Assembly (NCBI RefSeq): GCF_000172995.2
Contig: NC_014731.1
Location: forward strand, 270,001-302,000
Direction: 5' to 3'
DNA length: 32,000 nucleotides
Source: Halogeometricum borinquense DSM 11551
GTDB lineage: Archaea; Halobacteriota; Halobacteria; Halobacteriales; Haloferacaceae
The notes under the pieces are model-generated. The model did no database searches and was not told where the DNA came from. It saw only the letters and a program-made list of their open reading frames with translations. The translations under genes were made by a program, and so were the position numbers. Positions 8,762 to 17,395 of the stretch are shown here, one piece after another (positions within the stretch are counted from its first letter, which is position 1; the number at the start of each line of letters is the position of its first letter).

Positions 8762-8877
8762 GCCAACCACAACGTACACCACCCACAAAAAAATACCTAA
8801 GAATTATGATAGTTATGCCCAGTCCTGCCGCTACTGACCCAACCGAGCGTCGAAGCGACTGCGAGATTGATGACGGC

Positions 8878-10446
8878 TCAGCCGATCTTCAGCACCTCAC
8901 CAAAGTTCATTTTCACCGATTTGACGCGCGAGTAGTCGTCCAGCGCCTCCTCGGCAAGTTCACGGCCGAGACCGCTCTCTTTGAAACCGCCGTGGGGTGC
9001 GGGATCAAGGAGGTCGTCGTACGTGTTGACCCAGACGGTGCCTGCTTCGAGTTCGTCGGCGACTGTGTGGGCGGTTTCGAGATCCTGCGTCCAGACACCC
9101 GCGGCGAGTCCGAAGCGCGTGTCGTTTGCGCGTTTGACGACTTCCTCGCGCTCGCTCCACTCGAACACGGTGAGTACCGGTCCGAACACCTCATCGCACG
9201 CAACTTCCGCAGAGTCGTCGACATCGGTGAGGACGGTAGGCTGCACGAAAGGTGCGCCCGCCGTCTCGCTCGCTGGCTCGCCCGCGTCGGTCTCGTCACT
9301 GTCGTCGCCAACGAGAGATCTCGCGCCGTCTTCGATGGCCCGGGAGATATACCCCTTCACCTCCCGGGCGTGTTCGTGGTCGATCATCGGCCCGATGTCG
9401 GTCTGTGGTGAGAGCGGATCACCGACGACCAACTCGTCGATCCGTTCGCGCAGCCTGTCGAGGAATTCGTCTCTGATGTCCTCGTGGAGGAACAGCCGCG
9501 AACCGGCGGTACACTGCTGGCCGGAGTTGAAGAAGATGCTCACGATTGTGCCCTCAATCGCCTGTTCGAGGTCGGCGTCTGGGAAGACGATATTCGGGCT
9601 CTTGCCTCCCAGTTCGAGCGATACCGGGGTGATCGTGTCCGCGGCTCCCTCCAACGTTGCTACCCCCGCGGCTTTCGACCCGGTCAGGGTGACCTTGTCG
9701 ATACCGTCGTGCTGAGAGATGGCGTCTCCGACGACGCTGCCGGAGCCAGTCACAACGTTGACCGTCCCTGTCGGAAGGACAGTGTCACAGATATCGGCGA
9801 TCTCGAGTGTGGCGAGAACTGCCTTCGAGGACGGTTTGAACACGACCGAGTTGCCCGCCGCGAGTGCCGGTCCCAGTTTCCAAGAGACGAACATCGCGGG
9901 GAAATTCCACGCCGATATCGCCCCAACGACGCCGTATGGCTCCCGCTTCGTCACGACGTGTTTCTCGTCGTCCGTAGGAACAACCCGTCCTGTGTCCGCT
10001 GTACGGGCAACAGCGGCGAAGTGGCGGAACTGTTCGACGAGGATTTCGATGTCGACGAATCGCGAATGCAAGTTCGGCTTGCCAGCTTCGAGCGTCTCGA
10101 TCTTTGCAAGCTCTGCTTTCTTTTCTTCGAGTCGGTCTGCGATCTCGTCGAGTTTCTCGCCGCGTTGTCTGGGGGAGTGTTGTCCCCAGGCCTCCTCGAA
10201 AGCGTCGCGCGCCGCCTTGACGGCGCGGTCAACGTCTGCGGTGGTTCCGACTTGGAAGGTTGCGAGCGACTCCCCGGTCGTCGGATCGATAGCGACACCC
10301 TCCCCGCCGCCCTCGGAGTCTACCCACTTACTCCCGATCAGGAGCCCGTACTCGTCGCGCTTGAGTGCGGACTCTGCGGCCGTTCTGTGTCGTTCGAGTA
10401 CAGCGTCGTCGATGTCGAATGTGTTGTCGAAGTACGTGTCTTGCAT
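8878..10446 (-). CDS. NAD(P)-dependent aldehyde dehydrogenase
   Basis: 522 aa, ATG at 10446. Contains ALDH signatures: WNFP, FKPS, SLELGGKSP (catalytic Glu) and FFNSGQQCTAGSR (catalytic Cys). An unusual acidic insertion (VGDDSDETDAGEPASETAGAP) is typical of haloarchaeal proteins. Confidence 0.93.
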   Translation of the reverse strand: MQDTYFDNTFDIDDAVLERHRTAAESALKRDEYGLLIGSKWVDSEGGGEGVAIDPTTGESLATFQVGTTADVDRAVKAARDAFEEAWGQHSPRQRGEKLDEIADRLEEKKAELAKIETLEAGKPNLHSRFVDIEILVEQFRHFAAVARTADTGRVVPTDDEKHVVTKREPYGVVGAISAWNFPAMFVSWKLGPALAAGNSVVFKPSSKAVLATLEIADICDTVLPTGTVNVVTGSGSVVGDAISQHDGIDKVTLTGSKAAGVATLEGAADTITPVSLELGGKSPNIVFPDADLEQAIEGTIVSIFFNSGQQCTAGSRLFLHEDIRDEFLDRLRERIDELVVGDPLSPQTDIGPMIDHEHAREVKGYISRAIEDGARSLVGDDSDETDAGEPASETAGAPFVQPTVLTDVDDSAEVACDEVFGPVLTVFEWSEREEVVKRANDTRFGLAAGVWTQDLETAHTVADELEAGTVWVNTYDDLLDPAPHGGFKESGLGRELAEEALDDYSRVKSVKMNFGEVLKIG

Positions 10447-10821
10447 TGGTCACACTGTGTCGTGATTCAGATTGGTCCGTTCGCTACGTCGGAGACGTTC
10501 CCGGAACCCGGCGTGGACCGTGGTCCAACCCGGTGCGGCGGCAACTTCCCGTCGCGGCCGTGACTACTCCGGCAGCGGGCACACAGTTGCAAGATTCGCT
10601 TGGTATGAGTGGTTGTTTATCATGGGATACCGAGTTTTGGGGCCGGCGTCGAGAACTGGCGGGGCGCGAGTACTGTTCCAAAGGACCACCTTCGACGAGT
10701 TCACGGAATCCATCATCCCGGGAGTACTGACTGGCAGACTGACGGGTCCATTGAGACGTATTTAACCGGAGTTGGTATACAAAGGGTCACTTATACAGGC
10801 GTCTCCAGACCGTGTCACTCT

Positions 10822-12096
10822 ATGGCACATGTGAACCAGTCCGAGGGGGGTGTCCGCTATCGATGGGTTGTGCTCCTCGTTGCGTTCCTCGTACACATGA
10901 CCAGTGTCACGCTCGTCTGGCAGGCCCTGTCTCCACTTAAGAAGCAAATGGCGGTGGATCTTGGAGTCCCCTGGCAGGACATTGCCGTCGTCTACGCCGC
11001 GATCAGCTTCGGCCTTGTTTTCACGCAGTTGCCGGGCGGCGCACTTGGTGATAAGTATTCCGTCCGGTACGCCGTCGGTCTCGGTGCCGTGTTGACAGGC
11101 GTCGCCACTGCCGTCCGGTTCGCGTTCCCGACTCTCACTGGTCAGATCGCGGTCAGTCTCCTAGCCACCGTCGGTATCGGCATCGTCAACCCGAACCTCA
11201 TCAAAGTCGTCACCGAATGGTTCCCCTCTAGTCAGTTGGGTCTCGGTCAGGGGGTGCTTATGACCGGTAACACCCTCGGGATCGGTCTCGCACTCTCGCT
11301 GTCGGCGGGATTCCTTCTGACCACGATCGGAAGCTGGCAGAACGTGTTCGCACTCTACGGCGGTATCACGGCCGTGGTCGGCATCTTCTGGCTTCTGTTC
11401 GTCCGTTCGCCTCGCAAGGACGAGCGGCCGACGAACGTCGAGACAGGATTGCCGTTCACTTCGAGTGAGGGGGTTCCGTTTCGAGACTCGCTCCCGGCGG
11501 TACTGCGGTCGCCCTCGACGCCGTGGGCGATTTCTTTCGCTGCGCTCGCGTACTGGTCCGTGTTCGGGTCGCTTGCGGTCCTCCCTGAGTACGCCGACGC
11601 CCATGCATTCGCCGTCCCGGAATACGTACTGGGGGTGTCGCCGTTCGCCGGCACGGCGGGTGCGCTCTTGCTTCCCTTGCTGTCGGACCGATATACCCGA
11701 AGGCTCGGGCTGAATCTCGGCATCGTCGGCCTCGCGGCCGGAATCATCCTCACCGGGGTCGCACCGTCATTTCCGGTCTTCATTCTCGCGATGCTCGTCT
11801 CGGGGTCCTCCGGTGGCGGACTGGCGGCGATGTTCTACATCCTCCCGGGCGAACTCGCGGATATCGACCCTAATCACGTCGGCACTATGTCTGGCGTTCT
11901 CCTCTCGCTGGCGCAACTCGGAGCGGTCGTGGGTAGTATCATCGGCGCACAGGCGCTCTCGTCGTACGGGGTTGAGGTGTCCGTGATCGTGGTGGCCGGA
12001 CCGTGTCTCCTCGGCTTGCTGATGATCCCGCGGCTCCACCTTGACGGGCGCGGGGAGGACCAACCGACGGCCACCGCGGTCGGTACCGACGACTGA
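10822..12096 (+). CDS. MFS transporter (about 12 TM segments)
   Basis: The ORF is open from 10609, but the first ATG that gives a sensible N-terminus is 10822 (MAHVNQSEGGVRYRWVVLLVAFLVHM). Hydrophobic segments are spaced throughout, with an MFS-like loop GGALGDKYSVRY. The start coordinate is uncertain. Confidence 0.82.
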   Translation: MAHVNQSEGGVRYRWVVLLVAFLVHMTSVTLVWQALSPLKKQMAVDLGVPWQDIAVVYAAISFGLVFTQLPGGALGDKYSVRYAVGLGAVLTGVATAVRFAFPTLTGQIAVSLLATVGIGIVNPNLIKVVTEWFPSSQLGLGQGVLMTGNTLGIGLALSLSAGFLLTTIGSWQNVFALYGGITAVVGIFWLLFVRSPRKDERPTNVETGLPFTSSEGVPFRDSLPAVLRSPSTPWAISFAALAYWSVFGSLAVLPEYADAHAFAVPEYVLGVSPFAGTAGALLLPLLSDRYTRRLGLNLGIVGLAAGIILTGVAPSFPVFILAMLVSGSSGGGLAAMFYILPGELADIDPNHVGTMSGVLLSLAQLGAVVGSIIGAQALSSYGVEVSVIVVAGPCLLGLLMIPRLHLDGRGEDQPTATAVGTDD

Positions 12097-12220
12097 CGGG
12101 AGAATCGTCGAACACTACTCACATCTTCCGGGTCGGGGTTGCCGCAGGTAGTAAGACTCTGTGTCGTCGCCGTAGAACCGCCGTTCGGAAACGAAGGGCC
12201 GCTCCTTATTCACTATTCAG

Positions 12221-13483
12221 TCAGCGGAAGGGACGACCCTCATTCGCGTACTTCACTGACGATGCGAAGATGTTGGCTGACATCATGTCCTCTGTCGCCT
12301 CTGCGCGTGCTTCGTAGACATTCGCCACGGCTGTCTGGACGGCCTCGTTCTCGGGGTCGGCCTCCAGCGCGTAGTCGGCGAGGTGACAGGCGAGGCGTTC
12401 GTCGCCTTCGTCGATGAGAGCTTCCGCCCGTTCAGCGAGCGTTTCGGCGTCGCCCGCGAGGTCGGCGATCTCCTCGGCGACGGCGCCGCGGCCGGCGGGT
12501 TTGAGTTCGCTTGGGCGACCGGTCCACCAGCCGCCGTAGTAGCGGATGACGTTCCGCGCGATAAATTCGCCACAGTCGTACTCCGACTGGAGCCAGGATT
12601 CCTCGGGGTCGGGGAGATCGATCTCGCGGACGATGTCGACATGCGGCGGGGCACCGTCGTTGAGTCTTTCGATGGTCTGATCCACGATGGTGTCGAGGTA
12701 CTCCGCATAGCGGAGCAACCGGTGTTCGGTCTTCTCGGGGTCGTTGACGATGGGTTCGCCGTGCCCCGGAAGAAGGGTCCCGGCGTTGAGGGCGGCCATC
12801 TCACGGAGTGCGTCCGCCCAATCCCACGGATAGCGCTGAACTTTTTGGGGGTTCCCCGCATTCGGCGCTGCTGCGGTGACGAGATCACCGGAACACAGTA
12901 CATCTCGGTCGGGACAGTAGAGCCACGTGTGGTCGTCGGTCTCACCGCGGGCGTGGTGGATCTCGAAGGTGGTGTCGCCGACCGTGATCGTGATGTCGTC
13001 GCTGTACCACGTTGTTGGTGGGTAGTTCGGCCAGCAGAACATGTCGTCCTCCCAGAGGCTGTGATACTCCGCGGCCGCCGGGTCGGCGGAGAGCTGACGT
13101 CCATTGATGATCTTGTTGTACTCCTCTGTCCGCGCGTAGCGGTCGAACCGTCCGGCCATCGCTTCGTGCGCGATCACGTTCGGAGGCTCTTGTCCCTCGA
13201 TAAGGAACTCATCAAGACCAAAGGCGTGGTCGGTGTGGCCGTGGGTGTAGATCGCCGTGTGGACCGGCGAATCAGTGTGTTCTCTGAGTGCCGTCGCCAG
13301 TTGTTGTGAGAGTTTGGAAAGCCCGGTATCGACCAGTACCAGTCCCTTTGCCGTATCGAATGCCGTCACGTTTGCGAACGACGTACACTGATAAGTGTCC
13401 TCAGCTACCTCGGTGATGTCGATCCCGCTGTCGAAGTTCTTGATGTCGAAAATACCGACCGCGTTCTCGGATTTCTGCGACAT
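12221..13483 (-). CDS. Type-III alkyl/aryl-sulfatase-like metallo-beta-lactamase fold hydrolase (MBL domain plus alkyl-sulfatase dimerisation domain, no C-terminal SCP2 domain)
   Basis: Contains the HxHxDH motif (IYTHGHTDHAFG). The C-terminal region IRYYGGWWTGRPSELKP...GDERLACHLADYALEADPENEAVQTAVANVYEARAEATEDMMSANIF parallels the SdsA1/YjcS dimerisation domain (RYLGWYDGNP...GDYRW...L..V.fADP.N..A..L.A.aYEQLGYQAE....RN.Y). The ORF is open up to a GTG at 13699, but that upstream part includes a duplicated gene-end remnant. The first ATG is 13483 (MSQKSENAVGIF). The start is uncertain. Confidence 0.8.
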   Translation of the reverse strand: MSQKSENAVGIFDIKNFDSGIDITEVAEDTYQCTSFANVTAFDTAKGLVLVDTGLSKLSQQLATALREHTDSPVHTAIYTHGHTDHAFGLDEFLIEGQEPPNVIAHEAMAGRFDRYARTEEYNKIINGRQLSADPAAAEYHSLWEDDMFCWPNYPPTTWYSDDITITVGDTTFEIHHARGETDDHTWLYCPDRDVLCSGDLVTAAAPNAGNPQKVQRYPWDWADALREMAALNAGTLLPGHGEPIVNDPEKTEHRLLRYAEYLDTIVDQTIERLNDGAPPHVDIVREIDLPDPEESWLQSEYDCGEFIARNVIRYYGGWWTGRPSELKPAGRGAVAEEIADLAGDAETLAERAEALIDEGDERLACHLADYALEADPENEAVQTAVANVYEARAEATEDMMSANIFASSVKYANEGRPFR

Positions 13484-13668
13484 GCTACCGCCGTACGTGC
13501 GTGGGTCAATAGCACCTTCTGCTTGGTATGATGGGGTAGTATATAAGTCGTGGCCGGGCCGGCGGAGGTAGGCAGGGGATGGGTAGGGTTCAACACGCCC
13601 GTCCGGTCCCACCCATTCTTCGGAGTGCGTCTTCGCTTTGCTTCGAACCGGCGGGTCAAACCGTTCCG

Positions 13669-13729
13669 TTAGCGGAAGGGAATCCTCGTTCGCGTACACG
13701 GTTGCCGACGAGAAGATGTTGTACGCTGG
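13669..13729 (-). pseudogene. Remnant of the last ~19 codons of a paralogous alkyl-sulfatase-like gene, with its stop codon frame-shifted out
   Basis: The minus-strand translation PAYNIFSSATVYANED/-PFR* aligns with the true C-terminus SANIFASSVKYANEGRPFR* encoded at 12221-12283. DNA identity is about 75%, with a 2-nt deletion relative to the intact copy. An in-frame TAG lies immediately upstream, at 13730-13732. Confidence 0.45.
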
Positions 13730-13776
13730 CTACGCCGGATGCGGGGGGGAGTCAGTGCTGACGCGTCCCGAACGGG

Positions 13777-14472
13777 TCATTTCCAGATTGACTGGGTAGG
13801 GTGAGTTTCTGTATCCCCGGAAGCCGTGAATAGGTCCGAAATCAGGTTGTTCTCGATCCGCTGGAGAATTTCCTGGACGTTCGCCTGACTACACTCGAAT
13901 TCCGCCGCAACGTCGTCGAGGGTGGCCTCCCGAGGTCGTCGGTAGTACCCGAGTTCGTAGGCTCTCCGAAGCACCTCTCGCTGGCGGTCGCTCAGTTTGC
14001 TGAGGCTGTCCTTTCTGCCCGGGTTGTGGGTTCCTACCCGCCCGACGGTCGTGTGGACGGAATCGGGGATTTGCTCGAACCCAGCGCTGATGTTCTCCTG
14101 AGGACCGATGATCGTAACTTCTACCCCTCCGTCCTCGTGCAGCAGTATTGGACTGTCGACGACGTAGCCGTACTCCTCCGGGAGTTGGAGTAGCCGCCTT
14201 GTGTCGCTCGACGGCTCAAAGTGGATGTACGCGGAGACGGATCCGTTGATCTTCGTCACCTCATGATCGGTCGCGGTCTTGTTGGCAGACAGGATCGCTC
14301 GAATCGCGTCGGCGTCACCTTTGAACTCGTACAGCATGACGGCCGTTCCGTCACGGAGGAGTTTCGCGGAGTGTATCATGACTGGCACTACTTCATCGTG
14401 GGCATGACACGTGTCTCCCAGTGATTGAAACCATCCATCTGAGTGCTTCAATCGGATGGTTGCGCACCACAT
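13777..14472 (-). CDS. Bat-type (HTH_10 / bacterio-opsin-activator-like) transcriptional regulator
   Basis: The C-terminus LSDRQREVLRRAYELGYYRRPREATLDDVAAEFECSQANVQEILQRIENNLISDLF is the canonical haloarchaeal HTH_10 domain. The ORF begins with TTG at 14493; the first ATG is at 14472 (MWCATIRLKHSDGW). Confidence 0.82.
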   Translation of the reverse strand: MWCATIRLKHSDGWFQSLGDTCHAHDEVVPVMIHSAKLLRDGTAVMLYEFKGDADAIRAILSANKTATDHEVTKINGSVSAYIHFEPSSDTRRLLQLPEEYGYVVDSPILLHEDGGVEVTIIGPQENISAGFEQIPDSVHTTVGRVGTHNPGRKDSLSKLSDRQREVLRRAYELGYYRRPREATLDDVAAEFECSQANVQEILQRIENNLISDLFTASGDTETHPTQSIWK

Positions 14473-14540
14473 GTGACTACAGAGGGGAAACAACCTCTTA
14501 AATCATGATTGTCCTTCGACAGTTGCCCTTGTGAGCGTTT

Positions 14541-14978
14541 TTAGTTTCCGAGAGCAACCTTCCACGTGAGCAGGCTCTCGAAAATATAGTTGAACACGAA
14601 GCCAACGCCGATTCCGGCCACGTTCGCAAAGAGATACCAGAGGCCGAATTCCTGGGTAAGAACCGCAAGCACTGCGATACCAACGCTAGCGCCGACTGCA
14701 CGGACCAGATTCGAGCAGATAAACCGCCGGAGGATACTCCACCACCTTCCGGCGGTTGCCCCCGAGAAGGTCCACCGTTCGTTCAGCAGGAACATCGTCG
14801 TGATCGATGCTTCCTTGGCTATGACTGCGCCCATCACTGGTCCAAGCAGGCCGAACTCGACCAGGGCGGCGAGCGTCACGTTGTCGATAACAGCCCCGAG
14901 CGCTCCTACCGAGAGGAACCGCCAGAAATACTTGGGCGACAGTAATGTCCCGAGATCAATCTGTGGGAGCAGTTTCAT
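14541..14978 (-). CDS. GtrA-family membrane protein
   Basis: 145 aa with 4 TM segments. The N-terminus YFWRFLSVGALGAVIDNVTLAALVE and the central ERWTF motif are typical of GtrA-like proteins. Its start overlaps the stop of the upstream gene (ATGA at 14975-14978). Confidence 0.85.
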   Translation of the reverse strand: MKLLPQIDLGTLLSPKYFWRFLSVGALGAVIDNVTLAALVEFGLLGPVMGAVIAKEASITTMFLLNERWTFSGATAGRWWSILRRFICSNLVRAVGASVGIAVLAVLTQEFGLWYLFANVAGIGVGFVFNYIFESLLTWKVALGN

Positions 14979-16912
14979 TCGCTGTCTCCATCAGTTTTCA
15001 CCGGGCTCGCCTGCCCTGAGAACAGCTCAGCGCGGGGAGGTGCCTTCGAACGCTCGATGAAGGCGTACACGACGCGGTTGCTGTTCTGATCCAGCGGTAG
15101 TTTCACTCCGACGTACCCTTCGAGTTGGGCGGCCAGTGTGTCACTGTGGCGCTTCGTGGTTATTACGACGGGCGCGTTCGGTGAACGGTCCTCGGGATTA
15201 ACCAAGTTCTCTGTTTCTACACCATACTGTTCAGTGTACCACGGAAGCGGATTTCGGGCGAACCACCCTGCCGGTCCCGGCGGAGATTGTGCCTCGGATT
15301 CGTTCATACTGAGCCTCGATCCGACAAACACCACGTCGGTACCATCTCCGTTTGAGACTCGTCCTATCGTCGCCAACAGCGACGCCAGCGATTGTGGTGG
15401 CTGGCTCTGGTAGACGAGATGGCTACCGCCGCCGGGTGAGACATCCCCGTTGGTCGGGGATACGTAGTTGGTCTGGTAGTCGATGGCCGCGGCGTGGAGT
15501 CCGACAGACAGGAGGAGTAGAGCGGCCGCGACAACCGGGAACACAGCCTTGTTGCTGGAACTGAGCCGATTCGGAAGTGCCCGAATGCGAGGGAGGAACG
15601 CCGCTGCAAGGAGTAGTCCTCCCCCGAGTACGAGGGCGCCTTTCACTACGCTCGTGAGGGAACCAGATGCTGTGGCTGTTTGCAGAATCCCGCCGATAGC
15701 GATACCGAGTAGTCCGGCGATTACTCGCTGCTTCGACCCGAGGTCGGCGGCGGCCGCTCGGCCCCACCGGTAGGTTACCCCGACACCGATGGCCGCTGGC
15801 AGCGCCAGTGGCACGACGGCGTGGATTGTTGACCACGGGACCGGGAAGTTGTTGGCAAGTGGGTAGCCGACGATTGCCGAGATACCGACATAGAAGTTGA
15901 ATGCGACGAGATCTGAGGGGCGGTCAGTGACGTACCGGTCGTAGAGGAATCCGACAACGCTGAACGAAACGATACCGGGCGCACCCTCGGCAAGAGTTCG
16001 AAGCGTATCCGTCAGATACGGGAGGTAGGCGTGATCCTGCATCCCGCCGCCCCAGAGTTCGATTGCACTGTTGAACGATCCGACAGTCGCCTCGCTGATT
16101 ACGTCGGGCCAAAGGAGCGGATTTCGAAGGGCATCGTAGAACCCGACGCTACCTGCACCGGGCGCTCTGGGTGCATAGAAGAAGACGAACACAGCGAGCC
16201 AGAGAGCGCCAGCACCGATCAGATGGACTCCCCAGTGTCTGATGCTGTTCTGTAGCGTTTGCCATTGAGACTGAATCACACCTCGCCAGTCACTGCCGAT
16301 GTCGCGGGCTCGGAGGAACCGATAATCAAGGAGAAGCACAGCTGCGCCGAGCCAGCTAGCGAGATAGAGTAACACGCTCTCTTTGGTTGTGAAAGCGAGC
16401 GCGCCGGTCACCGCGGCCGCGTAGGCGTATCGACGCTGGCCGGTATCGTACGCACGGACGATAAACCCGAGTGTGAAGAGGCTGAATGCGGCGAGCGGCA
16501 GATCGTACCGCATGAACCGCGAATAGTAGAGCAAGATTGGGTTCGCTGTAAGCAGAAGTGCGAACGCCAGCACTGTTGAATCGCGCAGATGGCGTCGAAA
16601 GAGCAGGGCGGCGATTGGGAGTATTCCGCCGAGCAACGCTACGACGAGGCGGGCGGAGAAGTCAGAGACTCCAATCGCGCCAAAGATTGCAGAGTTCACA
16701 CGTATAAAGAACGGTCCGTGGACGATGGGCCGATACTGCCAGACGCCAGTCTCCATAAACTGGAGTATCCAGTACCCGACCCATCCCTCGTCGTACTGAA
16801 ACACCCGAGTACCGAGACCGACTAACCGGAGTGCTGTTCCAACAAGGGCGATACCAACGACAGCTAGGGTAATAGCATCTACTCGGTCGAGGAGGGACCT
16901 GTTTTTTGACAT
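14975..16912 (-). CDS. Polytopic PMT/ArnT-like (GT39/GT83-like, archaeal TIGR03663-type) glycosyltransferase
   Basis: 645 aa, ATG at 16912. The N-terminal two thirds have more than 10 TM segments with a first loop RVFQYDEGWVGYW...HGPFF, which resembles the DE-loop of dolichyl/undecaprenyl-phosphate-sugar-dependent GT-C enzymes. The C-terminal domain is soluble. The gene is translationally coupled to GtrA. Confidence 0.78.
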   Translation of the reverse strand: MSKNRSLLDRVDAITLAVVGIALVGTALRLVGLGTRVFQYDEGWVGYWILQFMETGVWQYRPIVHGPFFIRVNSAIFGAIGVSDFSARLVVALLGGILPIAALLFRRHLRDSTVLAFALLLTANPILLYYSRFMRYDLPLAAFSLFTLGFIVRAYDTGQRRYAYAAAVTGALAFTTKESVLLYLASWLGAAVLLLDYRFLRARDIGSDWRGVIQSQWQTLQNSIRHWGVHLIGAGALWLAVFVFFYAPRAPGAGSVGFYDALRNPLLWPDVISEATVGSFNSAIELWGGGMQDHAYLPYLTDTLRTLAEGAPGIVSFSVVGFLYDRYVTDRPSDLVAFNFYVGISAIVGYPLANNFPVPWSTIHAVVPLALPAAIGVGVTYRWGRAAAADLGSKQRVIAGLLGIAIGGILQTATASGSLTSVVKGALVLGGGLLLAAAFLPRIRALPNRLSSSNKAVFPVVAAALLLLSVGLHAAAIDYQTNYVSPTNGDVSPGGGSHLVYQSQPPQSLASLLATIGRVSNGDGTDVVFVGSRLSMNESEAQSPPGPAGWFARNPLPWYTEQYGVETENLVNPEDRSPNAPVVITTKRHSDTLAAQLEGYVGVKLPLDQNSNRVVYAFIERSKAPPRAELFSGQASPVKTDGDSE

Positions 16913-17077
16913 GGTGGAGGGCGATAGCGAGATGTATTCGTTTCAGATATGTCTGGATAGTAATCGTATAAATGCTTTCTCCTAGAGCATTCCAGCGCAC
17001 TGCGCAAGAATCTACTAACGTAGCACGACGATTCGATAGTCACGCTGTCGTACTCTCAGTGAGACTTCTCCGGAAAC

Positions 17078-17395
17078 TCACCAGTGAAACGGGAAATCGA
17101 TCATGGCTCCCACAGCGAAACCAATTCCCAGCGAAGGCGTCGAGGTGAGGGCTTGTTTGTTCGTCGCCCGAAAAACACCAGAGAGCAGTATCCCGACTGA
17201 GCAACCGAATAGAAGCCCGTGAATGACACTGTTTTTAGTTGTTACCGGTTCTGCTGTTGCTGTGACTTCGATGAGGATCAGGCTGGCAACCCCGAGTAGA
17301 AAGAGAGCACTGTCTCGCCGTATATTCCGCTCTTGCTTCTCAATCACACGTTGAACGTCGCAGAATGCTCGAATCAATTTTTCGTCTCCACACAA
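17078..17395 (-). CDS. Possible small membrane protein (hypothetical)
   Basis: 105 aa with only a GTG start. Three hydrophobic stretches are present. GC content is lower than in neighbouring genes and I see no recognisable motif. Weak call. Confidence 0.3.
   Translation of the reverse strand: MCGDEKLIRAFCDVQRVIEKQERNIRRDSALFLLGVASLILIEVTATAEPVTTKNSVIHGLLFGCSVGILLSGVFRATNKQALTSTPSLGIGFAVGAMIDFPFHW

Noticed and set aside
7896-8837. Several 120-230-aa ORFs in other frames and on the other strand across the alcohol dehydrogenase gene (8100..8786, 8195..8713, 8289..8837, 8065..8460, 7896..8270)
   Set aside because: Their composition (Arg/Pro/Ser-rich) and complete overlap with a well-supported Zn-ADH gene indicate GC-driven spurious ORFs.
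9484-10563. A 359-aa plus-strand ORF, along with 8981..9715 and 9719..10465, overlapping the aldehyde dehydrogenase gene
   Set aside because: These are antisense shadow ORFs, typical of GC-rich DNA. Their products are Arg/Ser/Pro-rich, non-acidic and have no motifs. The opposite-strand ALDH carries all the catalytic signatures.
10609-10821. A 71-codon N-terminal extension of the MFS transporter ORF
   Set aside because: The extension is non-hydrophobic, basic, and lacks an ATG at its origin. The first ATG (10822) gives a normal MFS N-terminus.
12283-13309. ORFs 12283..13104 (-) and 12383..13309 (+) overlapping the sulfatase-like gene
   Set aside because: They lie in an alternative frame or antisense, and their products are highly basic or Thr/Pro/Arg-rich with no motifs. 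The MBL/sulfatase frame has the HxHxDH and dimerisation-domain signatures.
15138-16255. Multiple 60-140-aa ORFs in other frames across the glycosyltransferase gene
   Set aside because: They lie entirely within a long polytopic membrane-protein gene, and their products are Arg/Pro-rich.
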